IMG/VR virus record: IMGVR_UViG_3300032893_000049
Coordinates: 1 to 59,732 of that record
From: a virus
Taxonomy: Duplodnaviria > Caudoviricetes
DNA length: 59,732 nucleotides
Strand: one strand, 5' to 3'
Position numbers and translations under genes: made by a program. Position 1 is the first letter of the stretch. Each line of letters opens with the position of its first letter. Shown here piece by piece: positions 8,192 to 16,560 of the stretch. Below the pieces are notes generated by a model, which saw only the letters and a list, made by a program, of their open reading frames with translations, searched no databases and was not told the DNA's origin.

Positions 8192-9163
8192 TCAGTCCTC
8201 CAGCAGACCGAGGGACCGCAACGCCTGCCGGGTCCGGTCCGGGCTGGCCTGCAGGTACCGGCGGGTCGGTTCCACCTTCGGTCGCGGGTCCATCTGGCCG
8301 GACTGGATCGCCGCGGTGATCAGCGCCGCCAGGTCCTCGATCGTGCGGGCCGGCGGCCGAGTCGACCGGGTCGACCGCCGGCGCGGCTTGCGGGAGGTCG
8401 ATCGGGGCGACGGGACTGCCTCGATCGCCGGCCGCTGTGGCGCCTCGATCGCAGGGTCGATCCTGGACTCGACCGGCACCTCGATCGGGTGGTCGATCGT
8501 CGCCTCGACTGCGGGTGGCGTGGCGGTCGACCGATCGACCACCACGGGGCGCCGATCGTTGTACCGGGCGATCGCCTCCCCGGGGTCGATCGTGCCGTCC
8601 CACGTCGCCTGCCAGTGCGCCCCGAACGTGCGCCACGGGTGCCACACCCAGCGGGCGGCGGAGAACCGCACCGACCGCGGGTCGATCAACCCCTTCGCTC
8701 GCAGCTGCTCCCGGTGCATCGACCGGGACCGGATCGACCACAGCCACGGGGAGATCACCGAGAACAACGCGAACGTCAGCGCCTTCGCGTTCGGGGTCCA
8801 GTCCGGCGCCCAGTGGGTGTAGTTCAGGGCGGCGACCACCCCCGCCATCAGGTAGGACGAGAGGCGCAGCCGGAACGCGGCGTCCCCGGCCATCAGGGCG
8901 ACGTGCGCCTCCCACGCCAGGTACACCGCGATCGACTCCAGGGTGGCGGCGAACCCGACCGCGAGCACGACCGCCCGGGTCAGGTGGTCCAACGCCCACA
9001 TCGTCTGCCCGGCCACCGCAACCGCGTTCACCCCGACCAGGGGGGCAGCCAACGGCAGGGCAGCGACCCACGCCGCCGGTCGAGTCGATCCCCGCACCGT
9101 CGCCCGGGCCGCCTTGACCGCCTCGATCGGCGCCGTCCGCAGCGGCAGCTCCACCACCGTCAT
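8192..9163 (-). CDS. SpdB/DUF2637-like membrane spreading protein
   Basis: Four TM helices (LESIAVYLAWEAH, ALNYTH, FALFSVISPWLW), FSAARWVWHPWRT, Pro-rich linker, C-terminal helical domain. Confidence 0.7.
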   Translation of the reverse strand: MTVVELPLRTAPIEAVKAARATVRGSTRPAAWVAALPLAAPLVGVNAVAVAGQTMWALDHLTRAVVLAVGFAATLESIAVYLAWEAHVALMAGDAAFRLRLSSYLMAGVVAALNYTHWAPDWTPNAKALTFALFSVISPWLWSIRSRSMHREQLRAKGLIDPRSVRFSAARWVWHPWRTFGAHWQATWDGTIDPGEAIARYNDRRPVVVDRSTATPPAVEATIDHPIEVPVESRIDPAIEAPQRPAIEAVPSPRSTSRKPRRRSTRSTRPPARTIEDLAALITAAIQSGQMDPRPKVEPTRRYLQASPDRTRQALRSLGLLED

Positions 9164-9450
9164 CACCGCCTCCTTGCCTTCCCGTGTCGTCCCTTGGTTG
9201 AGGGGCGGGGCAGGCCCAGCAGGACCGCCCCGATCCGTCGTTGCTTGCCGGACCCGCCGCACCACCAGCAGTCCCCGTACGTCCGCTCCCCGATCGGGTT
9301 CGGTTTCTTCGCCGACCCCAGGCACCACCAGCAGGGCCGCCACGGGTAGCGGCGCACGTTGTGCACCCACACCACCCACCCGACCCGCCCGGCGACCAGC
9401 AGCACGAACCCGATCAGCAGGTCACGCAGGATGGTGTGCAGGAGGCCCAC
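9163..9450 (-). CDS. Membrane protein with DnaJ-like Zn finger (actinomycete transfer-region gene)
   Basis: TM helix then CWWCLGS and CWWCGGSG. Confidence 0.7.
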   Translation of the reverse strand: MGLLHTILRDLLIGFVLLVAGRVGWVVWVHNVRRYPWRPCWWCLGSAKKPNPIGERTYGDCWWCGGSGKQRRIGAVLLGLPRPSTKGRHGKARRR

Positions 9451-9457
9451 GATCCAC

Positions 9458-10009
9458 TCACTTCGTCGGGTCGAACTGGCCGGTGTCCTCCCGCAGCTGC
9501 GCGAGCACGTTGACCGCCGCCGACAACGCCTTCGCGGAGTCCTGGCAGCGGCCCGCGTTCTGCCGCAGGTGCCGCCCGACCCGGCGGGCCACCAGCAGCC
9601 TGTCCACCTTGAACGGCCACTTCCCGGTCCGCTTGATCCCCGCCTCGATCTGCTCGGCCCGGTACACCCACCAGTCGCCGAGCCGCAGCAGCTCCGAACG
9701 TGCCTCGTCGGCCCACTGCACGAACTCGCTGGTGGTGCGGAACGGGTCGGACCGCCCCAGCGCCTTGTGCCGGCCCCGGCCGCCACCACCGGCGGGGCCC
9801 CCACCGCCGCCGTCGTTGGTGTTGACGTGCACGTGCACGGCGGGTGCGGGGCCGGCGGCCGGGGCAGAGGGCCCGGGGACGTACTGCGGTTGCGGCTGGG
9901 GCGCCGGGGCCGGCTCCGCGGGGGGCGGGCTGGCCGCAGGCACAGGGGCGGGCGCCGGCGCGGCAGGCGGTGCCGCCGCCGGGGGAGCCTCGGTCGTGGC
10001 CTGGCTCAT
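9458..10009 (-). CDS. TraA-like plasmid transfer protein
   Basis: Pro/Gly-rich N-terminus, helical C-terminus with ARRVGRHL; position next to traB. Confidence 0.5.
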   Translation of the reverse strand: MSQATTEAPPAAAPPAAPAPAPVPAASPPPAEPAPAPQPQPQYVPGPSAPAAGPAPAVHVHVNTNDGGGGGPAGGGGRGRHKALGRSDPFRTTSEFVQWADEARSELLRLGDWWVYRAEQIEAGIKRTGKWPFKVDRLLVARRVGRHLRQNAGRCQDSAKALSAAVNVLAQLREDTGQFDPTK

Positions 10010-10023
10010 CGTCACTCTCCGTA

Positions 10024-10089
10024 CTTGTTCACGGGCCTGTTCAGGGCGTTGTTCACGCTTGTTCACCGGCTTGTTCAGGGCCTTGTTCA
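10024..10089 (-). repeat. clt-like array: six (C/G)TGAACA(A/G) direct repeats
   Basis: tgttca at 10026, 10038, 10050, 10060, 10072, 10084, just 3' of the traB stop. Confidence 0.8.
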
Positions 10090-10122
10090 GCAACCCCTCC
10101 CCCTACGGGGGCAGGGGGGCGT

Positions 10123-12297
10123 TCATGGCGTCGCCGCGTCGTCGTCGAAGAACTCCTCGTCGTCGTCACCCTCCGGCGTCGCCACAGCCCGGGTGCCCGC
10201 GCCGGGCAGCAGCCGGTACACGCCCCGCTCCCCGTCGACCCGCTCCACCTGCCCGTCGTCCATCAGGGTCTGCAGCCGCCGGTACAGGGCGGGGCGCTGC
10301 CCGTCGGTGATCCCCGGAATCGCGAACCAACGGGCCAGCAGGTCGCCCGTCTCGAACGTGACCCGCCCCTCAGCCACGAACCCGGCGATGATCACCCGCA
10401 GGTGCTCCTCCTGCTCCTGCCTGGACGGCACTGGGCCAGGCGTCCCGAGCGTGGCCAGCTCCAGGTCCGGCACGTCGGCCGTGATCGGGACCCGCGGGTT
10501 CAACCCGTCCAGCTCGGGGTCCAGGTCGTGCTCGTAGCCACCCAACGTCTCGTCCTCCTCCTGGTCGTTGTCCCCCGCGGGCGCGGAGGGACGGGTGCGG
10601 GTGGCGGGGGGCTCAAGGACGGCGACACGCCCCGTGGCGGTCGCCGTTGGTGCCGCCGGCGCGGGTGCCGGCGTCGGCGGGACGGGCGGCAGAACCTCGC
10701 CCCGCCCGGACGGGATCAGGTGGGACAGGTCCCGGTTCGCGTACGCCTCACCGAGGGCCTTCACCTGGGCGGGGTGCAGGGTCGCCCGCATCCCCGCGTA
10801 CGCCTCGACCGCGGCCCGGACCGGAGCCCAGTCCTCCCGGCCGTTCACCACCGGCAGGAACGCCCGGCAGTCCAGCGCCGCCTGCGCGAGGCTGATCCCG
10901 GGCCCGTGGATGTAGCAGCGGCCCCGGTCCTCATCCCCGAACAGGTCCGGGCGGATCCCGGTGGCCATCACCGAGTCCGGCATCCCGTACGCGGCGTCAT
11001 CCAGGTCGGTGACCCCGAACACGGTGTGCCCGGCGAACTGGGACCGCACGGTGGTGTTGATCCGGTCGTAGGTGGCCCGTTGCAACGAGAAGTAGACGAA
11101 GATCCCCGCCGACGCGGCCCGCTCCAGCACGGCGACCAGCTGGTCCATCTCGACCAGCCAGCCGGCCTCCTCGACCTTGACGACCAGCAGCGGGATCCGG
11201 TGCTTGGTCCAGCACTCCGGCTTCCACTCCGTGTAGCCAAGGTCGGCCAGCAGGTCGACCTGTGAGTCGATCAGCCGGAGCAAGGCGCGGATCATCGCCT
11301 TGACCTCCCGCTCGGTGCCGGCGAACCAGTCGATGCCCGACCGGACGGGCCCGAACGTCTGCCACTTCTTCACCGGGTCCGCGAGCCACACCACGACGTC
11401 GGTTCGGGTGAGCATGTCCGCGGTCTCCAGCACCGACTTGACGCCCTTGCCCATCCGGGACCGGCCGGTGGTCAGGTTGTGGCCCCGCCCGTGGATCTCC
11501 AGCACCGGTGACCCGTCGGAGCGGATCGCCGAGCAGGTGGGCAGGCTGATCGACCCGCCCGGGTGGGACGGGCCAGGCCACGGGATCGGCCCCTGCGCGA
11601 GGATGTCGACCTGCGTGAACGTCAGCCGCGACTGGTCCGCCGACCCCTCCGCGACAGCCCGCAGAGATCCGCGCCGCAACCCGGCCATCGACTCGAGCCC
11701 CCGCAGCGCCCCCTGCAGCTCCTCCGTGGACTGGCCGCCGGCGTGACGCACCCGCGACACCTTCGTCGTGTCGGTCGCCTCCACCAGGTGCCCGCGGGTC
11801 CCCGACGCCAGACCGAGAGCCTCCAGCGGCGACTGCTGCCCGTGGGAGTCGTTGCCGAGCCCCCGCACGACCGGCATCCGCGGCATCTGCACCCACACCG
11901 CCAACGCGACCGCACCGAACACTTGGGTCAGGAACCACGGCATCGGCGCGCCGACGACCACCGTGATCCCGAACGCCAGGAACGGCACCGCCACCACGCA
12001 CACCGCCCGGACCCGGTCCAGCCAGTGCCGGGCCTTCGCCTCATGCAGCGTCGTGATCACCCCGAGGGCCGTCGCGCACACCACCGACAGGATGGGCAGC
12101 CACGGCGCCCAGGACACGCGACCCCACACGAGGTAGTGGGCGATCGGGCCGCCCGCGAGGACCACGAAAGCGACGACCAGCGGCACGATCGCGGCCAAGT
12201 TGCGGTGCGACATGCGTCCCGCCAGGAACCCAGCCGCGATCGCCTCCCCGGGGGGGACGTCACCCCACCCGCGGGGGGTCTTGCCGCGCCGCCTCAT
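10123..12297 (-). CDS. traB: TraB-like FtsK/SpoIIIE conjugative DNA translocase
   Basis: N-terminal TM helices, GRSRMGKG Walker A variant, VVWLADPVK, VVKVEEA Walker B, RAASAGI…SLQRA, RGRCY, C-terminal winged helix. Confidence 0.85.
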   Translation of the reverse strand: MRRRGKTPRGWGDVPPGEAIAAGFLAGRMSHRNLAAIVPLVVAFVVLAGGPIAHYLVWGRVSWAPWLPILSVVCATALGVITTLHEAKARHWLDRVRAVCVVAVPFLAFGITVVVGAPMPWFLTQVFGAVALAVWVQMPRMPVVRGLGNDSHGQQSPLEALGLASGTRGHLVEATDTTKVSRVRHAGGQSTEELQGALRGLESMAGLRRGSLRAVAEGSADQSRLTFTQVDILAQGPIPWPGPSHPGGSISLPTCSAIRSDGSPVLEIHGRGHNLTTGRSRMGKGVKSVLETADMLTRTDVVVWLADPVKKWQTFGPVRSGIDWFAGTEREVKAMIRALLRLIDSQVDLLADLGYTEWKPECWTKHRIPLLVVKVEEAGWLVEMDQLVAVLERAASAGIFVYFSLQRATYDRINTTVRSQFAGHTVFGVTDLDDAAYGMPDSVMATGIRPDLFGDEDRGRCYIHGPGISLAQAALDCRAFLPVVNGREDWAPVRAAVEAYAGMRATLHPAQVKALGEAYANRDLSHLIPSGRGEVLPPVPPTPAPAPAAPTATATGRVAVLEPPATRTRPSAPAGDNDQEEDETLGGYEHDLDPELDGLNPRVPITADVPDLELATLGTPGPVPSRQEQEEHLRVIIAGFVAEGRVTFETGDLLARWFAIPGITDGQRPALYRRLQTLMDDGQVERVDGERGVYRLLPGAGTRAVATPEGDDDEEFFDDDAATP

Positions 12298-12503
12298 CGT
12301 GTCGCCCTCCTCTGGTTCCCCCACCGGCACCCGCACCCGACCGAGACCACCTCGCCGTAGTGGGCGACGTGCTGGCACTGCCCGTCCTCGTCGTGCCGGT
12401 GCTTGCCCGGGCACGTGCACTGCCCCTCGTTCTCGTCGGGTTCGTCGTCCACGTCGAGCTCGTCGAGGTCAGGGGTCGGCGCCCACCGGTTCCACAACCC
12501 CAC
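12294..12503 (-). CDS. Small acidic Cys/His protein
   Basis: CTC…H…H…C…CGC; stop overlaps traB start. Confidence 0.55.
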   Translation of the reverse strand: MGLWNRWAPTPDLDELDVDDEPDENEGQCTCPGKHRHDEDGQCQHVAHYGEVVSVGCGCRWGNQRRATR

Positions 12504-12595
12504 CGGTCACCTCCCCGGCCCGGGTCCCCACCCCGCCGCCCGGCGTCGCGGGCGGGGGATTACCGCTTCGCCACGGCCGACGGGGTGGGGACGTC

Positions 12596-12859
12596 TCACG
12601 CCGGCTGTCCGGCCGGCTCCACCTGCACCCGGACCGGCTCGTCGCGGCCCGCTTCCCACCCGTGCTGGGTCCCGTCGTCGGCGACCAACACGGCCGAGGG
12701 ACCCACGAGCTCCGGGGTCCGCATCCGCAGCACCGTCGCCGGATGCTCCACACCGACGTCGTGCGCGCCCGGGTACCGGCAGGCCCTGGTCGCCCGGCAC
12801 GGGATCAGCAAGGTCATCCCGGGGGTCACTTCGTCACCGAAGATCACGCGGCTGTCCAT
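12596..12859 (-). CDS. Hypothetical protein
   Basis: RBS GGAGG, coupled to whiB stop. Confidence 0.55.
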   Translation of the reverse strand: MDSRVIFGDEVTPGMTLLIPCRATRACRYPGAHDVGVEHPATVLRMRTPELVGPSAVLVADDGTQHGWEAGRDEPVRVQVEPAGQPA

Positions 12860-13137
12860 CACGCGGCCCTCCGCTTGAGCCGGCGCCGTTCCCGCTCGGA
12901 CAGGCCACCCCAGACCCCGAACCGTTCGTCGTGGGCCAGGGCGTACTCCAGGCACTCCACGCGCACCTCGCAGGCCAGGCACACCAGCTTCGCCGCCCGG
13001 GAAGACCCTCCCTTCTCGGGGAAGAACGCCTCCGGGTCGGTCTGGGCGCACAACGCCCGGTCCTGCCACTCCAGCTCGGCGGGCAGCTCGTCCCCGGCTG
13101 CACCGTGGACGACGATCGTCAGCTCGTGCACGGTCAC
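12859..13137 (-). CDS. whiB: WhiB-family regulator (WhiB/WhiB2-like)
   Basis: WQDRALCAQTDPEAFFPEKGGS…CLAC…C…GVWGGLSERER. Confidence 0.95.
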   Translation of the reverse strand: MTVHELTIVVHGAAGDELPAELEWQDRALCAQTDPEAFFPEKGGSSRAAKLVCLACEVRVECLEYALAHDERFGVWGGLSERERRRLKRRAA

Positions 13138-13412
13138 CGCCGCCGTCCCGACCTGGTGCCGGCACGCGGCTGGGACCGCTTCGCCTGCCGGTTCGCCCGG
13201 GTCACCTGCCGCGCCGCCGCCCTGGACCTCCTCTGGACGTGCGCCTGCAGCTTCCGCAGGTGGTAGTCGGCGGTCGGGTCCCCGGTGCTGATCCGGCCCT
13301 TGGCCTGCCCGCGCCCGGACCGCTTGCTGGAGCCGCCGAACAGGTACGCGCACACCAGCAGGACGCCGACGATCACGACACCCCACAGGGCCGGGTTCAT
13401 CTGCCCGCTCAC
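13134..13412 (-). CDS. Membrane-anchored basic protein
   Basis: Single TM helix plus Arg-rich tail; coupled genes. Confidence 0.6.
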   Translation of the reverse strand: MSGQMNPALWGVVIVGVLLVCAYLFGGSSKRSGRGQAKGRISTGDPTADYHLRKLQAHVQRRSRAAARQVTRANRQAKRSQPRAGTRSGRRR

Positions 13413-13630
13413 GGCGTCGCCCCGGTGCGGGCGCGCTGGGCCTCGCGGATGGCGCTGACGATGCACGCCGCGGTGATCACGGCAGCGGTGGTCGCGAGGA
13501 CCTCGTCGTCACGGAGGAGCAGGGCGACGCTGGCGATGGCCCAACCGATCGGCAGACCGAAGTGGAACTTGCGGCGGTGACGCCGCCACATGGACGGCCG
13601 GGTGGGCTGGGAGGGGACGGTGGCGGTCAT
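13409..13630 (-). CDS. Small two-TM membrane protein
   Basis: Two hydrophobic segments; GGAG RBS. Confidence 0.6.
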   Translation of the reverse strand: MTATVPSQPTRPSMWRRHRRKFHFGLPIGWAIASVALLLRDDEVLATTAAVITAACIVSAIREAQRARTGATP

Positions 13631-13656
13631 GGCGGGATCAACTCCAGGGGTCGTGG

Positions 13657-13863
13657 TCAGGACAGGTGCTCACGCACCGAGTCGGCGTAGATCCGCACGA
13701 GCCGGCCCACCCGGACACCGCGCAACGCCTGGGCGTGGACCAGCCGGTACACGGAGTTCCGGTCGATGCGCAGGACGGCTGCCACCTCGGCGGGGGTCAG
13801 CAGGTCCGGCCAGGACGGGGATGCTCCTGGTGCTCCTGTCGACTCTGAGGCTCGCGAGGTCAT
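13657..13863 (-). CDS. Excisionase-like (HTH_17) DNA-binding protein
   Basis: LLTPAEVAAVLRIDRNSVYRLV…GVRVGRLVRI. Confidence 0.85.
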   Translation of the reverse strand: MTSRASESTGAPGASPSWPDLLTPAEVAAVLRIDRNSVYRLVHAQALRGVRVGRLVRIYADSVREHLS

Positions 13864-13867
13864 GCCA

Positions 13868-13968
13868 ACCATGCTGAACCATGTAGGCCAGGTGCGCAAG
13901 GTCTCGGCGCGGCGCGTGACGGGATCCGTGCCGCAGCGGCGCCCCCGTGCGGCACCATGTGCACCATG
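13868..13968. promoter_or_regulatory. Paired ACCATG repeats in the divergent xis/gntR interval (candidate GntR operators)
   Basis: accatg at 13868, 13878, 13954, 13963. Confidence 0.45.
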
Positions 13969-13997
13969 TCCCGCACGGTGCCGCAGGTCAGCCGCTG

Positions 13998-14312
13998 ATG
14001 GCTCTCCCGTCCTGGCAGGAGATCGCCGAGACGCTGCGCGAGCGGGTGCGGGCCGGCGACTACCCCGTGGGGTCCCTGATCCCGTCCACGACGGGCCTGG
14101 CGGCGGAGTTCGGGGTGACGCGGGGGCCAGCTCGGGCCGCAGTGGAAGCACTCAAGCGGGAGGGCGTTCTGGAGGGGGAGCCGGGCCGGGGGGTCCGGGT
14201 GGCGGCGGTGCCGTCGGCGCGGTTGCGGCCGGTGCGGGATGTGCTGGCCGAGCACGAGGCGCAACTGCGGGAGATCCGGGAGCGGCTCGACCGGCTAGAG
14301 AACCAGGGTTGA
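13998..14312 (+). CDS. GntR-family regulator (KorSA/TraR-like)
   Basis: WQEIAETLRERVRAGDYPVGSLIPS…LAAEFGV…ALKREG…GRG; divergent from the tra operon. Confidence 0.9.
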   Translation: MALPSWQEIAETLRERVRAGDYPVGSLIPSTTGLAAEFGVTRGPARAAVEALKREGVLEGEPGRGVRVAAVPSARLRPVRDVLAEHEAQLREIRERLDRLENQG

Positions 14313-14347
14313 CAACCTAACCCGAGACAGGGTTTAATGGTCACATG
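14309..14347 (+). promoter_or_regulatory. Shared promoter motif copy 1 (leaderless)
   Basis: TTGACA-N18-TTTAAT-GGTCAC-ATG. Confidence 0.75.
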
Positions 14348-14638
14348 ACGACGCCGGTGATGCCCGCACCCGCAGCCCACGCACCCATCTCGATGCTCAA
14401 CCGCACGGGCAGCGGCATCCGCACCATCATCATCTGCTCCTGCGGATGGACCCCCAGCAAGGCACCCGAGCGGGGCTCCACCATGCACAACGCCCACGAC
14501 GCCCACCGGCGCGCCCACGGCCTGCGCAAGGACACCTGCCCCGCCGACGTCTACGGCGAGGGCCCCGCCAAGGGCCTCACCTGGGACCAGTGGTACGCCG
14601 CCAACCCCGGCCTTGACCCGTTCGGCGTCCGGGACTGA
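14345..14638 (+). CDS. Hypothetical protein (CxCGW…H…H)
   Basis: ATG directly at promoter motif. Confidence 0.65.
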   Translation: MTTPVMPAPAAHAPISMLNRTGSGIRTIIICSCGWTPSKAPERGSTMHNAHDAHRRAHGLRKDTCPADVYGEGPAKGLTWDQWYAANPGLDPFGVRD

Positions 14639-14712
14639 ACCAACCACAACCGTCGCATGGCCGCGGCATGATGGCCGTCAGGTGATCAACCGACTACAAG
14701 GAGCCCCCCGCC

Positions 14713-14994
14713 ATGACCACCACGACCCAGATCACAGATCTCACCGATCTGCTCGATCTCAGCGACACCTTCGGCATCTACGCCGACGACTACGACACCG
14801 ACGCGGTCCGCGACGACTTCATCGCCGCTCTCCAGGCGGCCGCCCAGCGGATTGCGCCAAGCGTCACTGTGCATCGCAACGGGATGGTCTTCGCCGCCGT
14901 CGAAGACGCCGCCTCCGCCCGCGAGATCGCGTGGACGACCCTCGCCGAGGGCATCGACATCACCCCGATGCTCGCCGCACACGAGAAGGGCTGA
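14713..14994 (+). CDS. Acidic hypothetical protein
   Basis: AAGGAG RBS; Asp-rich. Confidence 0.65.
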   Translation: MTTTTQITDLTDLLDLSDTFGIYADDYDTDAVRDDFIAALQAAAQRIAPSVTVHRNGMVFAAVEDAASAREIAWTTLAEGIDITPMLAAHEKG

Positions 14995-15000
14995 CCGACC

Positions 15001-15297
15001 GTGAGCATGACACCACTCGGCCCCAGAGGACCCCTCCGGATGATCGCCGTCGCCGAACTGTTCACCGAGCGTGTGAGTGTGAGCGTCGGCCCTGAGCGCA
15101 TCGAGGGCATGGAGGACGTCTACCGACCCGACGAGGCCATCGCCGCAACCGCCACAACCATCAACGGTGGACTCGCGCAGGCCAAGGAATGGCTTGAGGG
15201 GCAGGGCTGGAGCGTTGGGTCGTGGCACAAGATGGCATCAACCGACTACGACAAGTTTGCCCACCTCAAGCGCTGGGCGGTCGTCAACAAGCGTTGA
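15001..15297 (+). CDS. Hypothetical protein
   Basis: ORF in operon, codon bias. Confidence 0.55.
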   Translation: MSMTPLGPRGPLRMIAVAELFTERVSVSVGPERIEGMEDVYRPDEAIAATATTINGGLAQAKEWLEGQGWSVGSWHKMASTDYDKFAHLKRWAVVNKR

Positions 15298-15430
15298 CGA
15301 TCACCCCCGCCAACCCGCCCGGAGCCCGGCTGGTCCGGGTCGGTTGGACGTCGTCCCGACGGGTGCGCCCCGACGAGCACGCCTCCCTGATGATCGGGTC
15401 AAACCAGACAACCCCAAGGAGACGCCGACC

Positions 15431-15829
15431 ATGATCCTGACCATGCGGAACCCGATCGACATGACACGCCCGGCGGCCAGCCTCGTCGCAGCCCTCGACG
15501 ACGCCACCCGGCTGATGGTGGAGCAAGCGATCTACCGGGCCGTCGGCGACCTCTACGTCCTGGTGCGGGACAACTGCATCGGCTCCGGCGAGGTCGTCCG
15601 CGTCGACTGGGACGTACTGACCCTCGTGGGGCCCGTCGAGCAGAACGGCGCGCTGGCCGGCCAGCCGGGTCACATCGTCGTCAACGTCCTCCCCGCCGGG
15701 GCCGACCCCAAGCCCGAGTTCGAGCGGATCGCCCGGGACATCTGGGGCCCCTACTTGGAGGAGCTGCGCCGCGTCCGTCGGCCGGTGACAACGCCGCAAG
15801 TCACGGGGACCCGTCACCCCCTGCGGTGA
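15431..15829 (+). CDS. Hypothetical protein
   Basis: AAGGAG RBS; ends within a hairpin. Confidence 0.6.
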   Translation: MILTMRNPIDMTRPAASLVAALDDATRLMVEQAIYRAVGDLYVLVRDNCIGSGEVVRVDWDVLTLVGPVEQNGALAGQPGHIVVNVLPAGADPKPEFERIARDIWGPYLEELRRVRRPVTTPQVTGTRHPLR

Positions 15830-15838
15830 CGGGTCCCT
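15806..15838 (+). terminator. Hairpin terminator
   Basis: gggacccgtcacc-ccctgc-ggtgacgggtccc. Confidence 0.6.
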
Positions 15839-15854
15839 CTCTGTTCCGGCCGAT

Positions 15855-15892
15855 TGCCGGTTGTTGACGGATGGTGTCGTCAACAACCGGCA
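15855..15892. promoter_or_regulatory. 15-bp inverted repeat upstream of the deazaguanine operon
   Basis: tgccggttgttgacg-N8-cgtcaacaaccggca; left arm recurs at 25934 and 33882. Confidence 0.55.
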
Positions 15893-15906
15893 GTTGACGT
15901 GGCACT

Positions 15907-16560
15907 ATGTGGCTCGTGGCCGTCGTCCCCCTGCTGCGCGTCGAACACGGGTACCCCGTCGAGGGCCTCGTCGAGTGGCCCGGCAACCCCCGCAAGCACG
16001 ACGAGAACGTGCTGGACGAGTCGGTCGCCGACCACGGCCAGTTCCGCAACGTGCTGGCCCGGGAACTGCCCGACGGCCGCCTCCAGCTACTGGCCGGGCA
16101 CGGCACCCGCGAGGCCCTGATCCGCGCCGGCATCACCCACATTGACGTCGAGGTCCGCGCCGTCCCCGACGACGACCGGGCCCGCCGCATCGTCCTGATC
16201 GAGAACCGGTCCGGGGATCGCGCCCGCTACGACCACTCCAAGCTGCTCGACCTGCTCGACGAGGCCCGCGCCACCCCACACGGCCTGGACGGCACCGGCT
16301 GGGACGCCCAGGGGTACGACGACCTGCTGGCCGCCCACCAGGCCCCGGACCTGGACGACCTGGCCGGGCAGGTCGGCGACCCCACCGACGAGGACCGGAT
16401 GGTCGTCATCCGGGTCCTGGTCGACCCGTCCACGCGCGACCAGTTCAACCGGCTCATGTCCCTGGTCGAGGGGGCGGCCAGCGACGCCGAGAAGTTCTCC
16501 GGGGTGCTGGCCTGGGCCGCCGTGGGTGCCCGCGCAGACGGGCTGGACACGATGCCGTGA
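15907..16560 (+). CDS. ParB/Srx N-terminal domain protein
   Basis: PGNPRKH, SVADHGQ, LLAGHGT, ENR motifs; typical first gene of phage DNA-modification clusters. Confidence 0.85.
   Translation: MWLVAVVPLLRVEHGYPVEGLVEWPGNPRKHDENVLDESVADHGQFRNVLARELPDGRLQLLAGHGTREALIRAGITHIDVEVRAVPDDDRARRIVLIENRSGDRARYDHSKLLDLLDEARATPHGLDGTGWDAQGYDDLLAAHQAPDLDDLAGQVGDPTDEDRMVVIRVLVDPSTRDQFNRLMSLVEGAASDAEKFSGVLAWAAVGARADGLDTMP

Noticed and set aside
10024-10089. Possible mini-CRISPR or iteron origin
   Set aside because: Repeats are only 7-8 bp with 2-5 bp spacers; no cas or rep gene; position fits clt better
6523-14312. A complete AICE integrated in a tRNA
   Set aside because: No integrase or Rep and no duplicated tRNA 3' end found at the right boundary by eye
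14309-14347. Shared promoter motif as an SOS box
   Set aside because: Does not match the actinobacterial LexA site TCGAAC-N4-GTTCGA
15830-15910. preQ1 riboswitch ahead of the que genes
   Set aside because: No recognisable aptamer or A-rich tail; only a terminator and an inverted repeat
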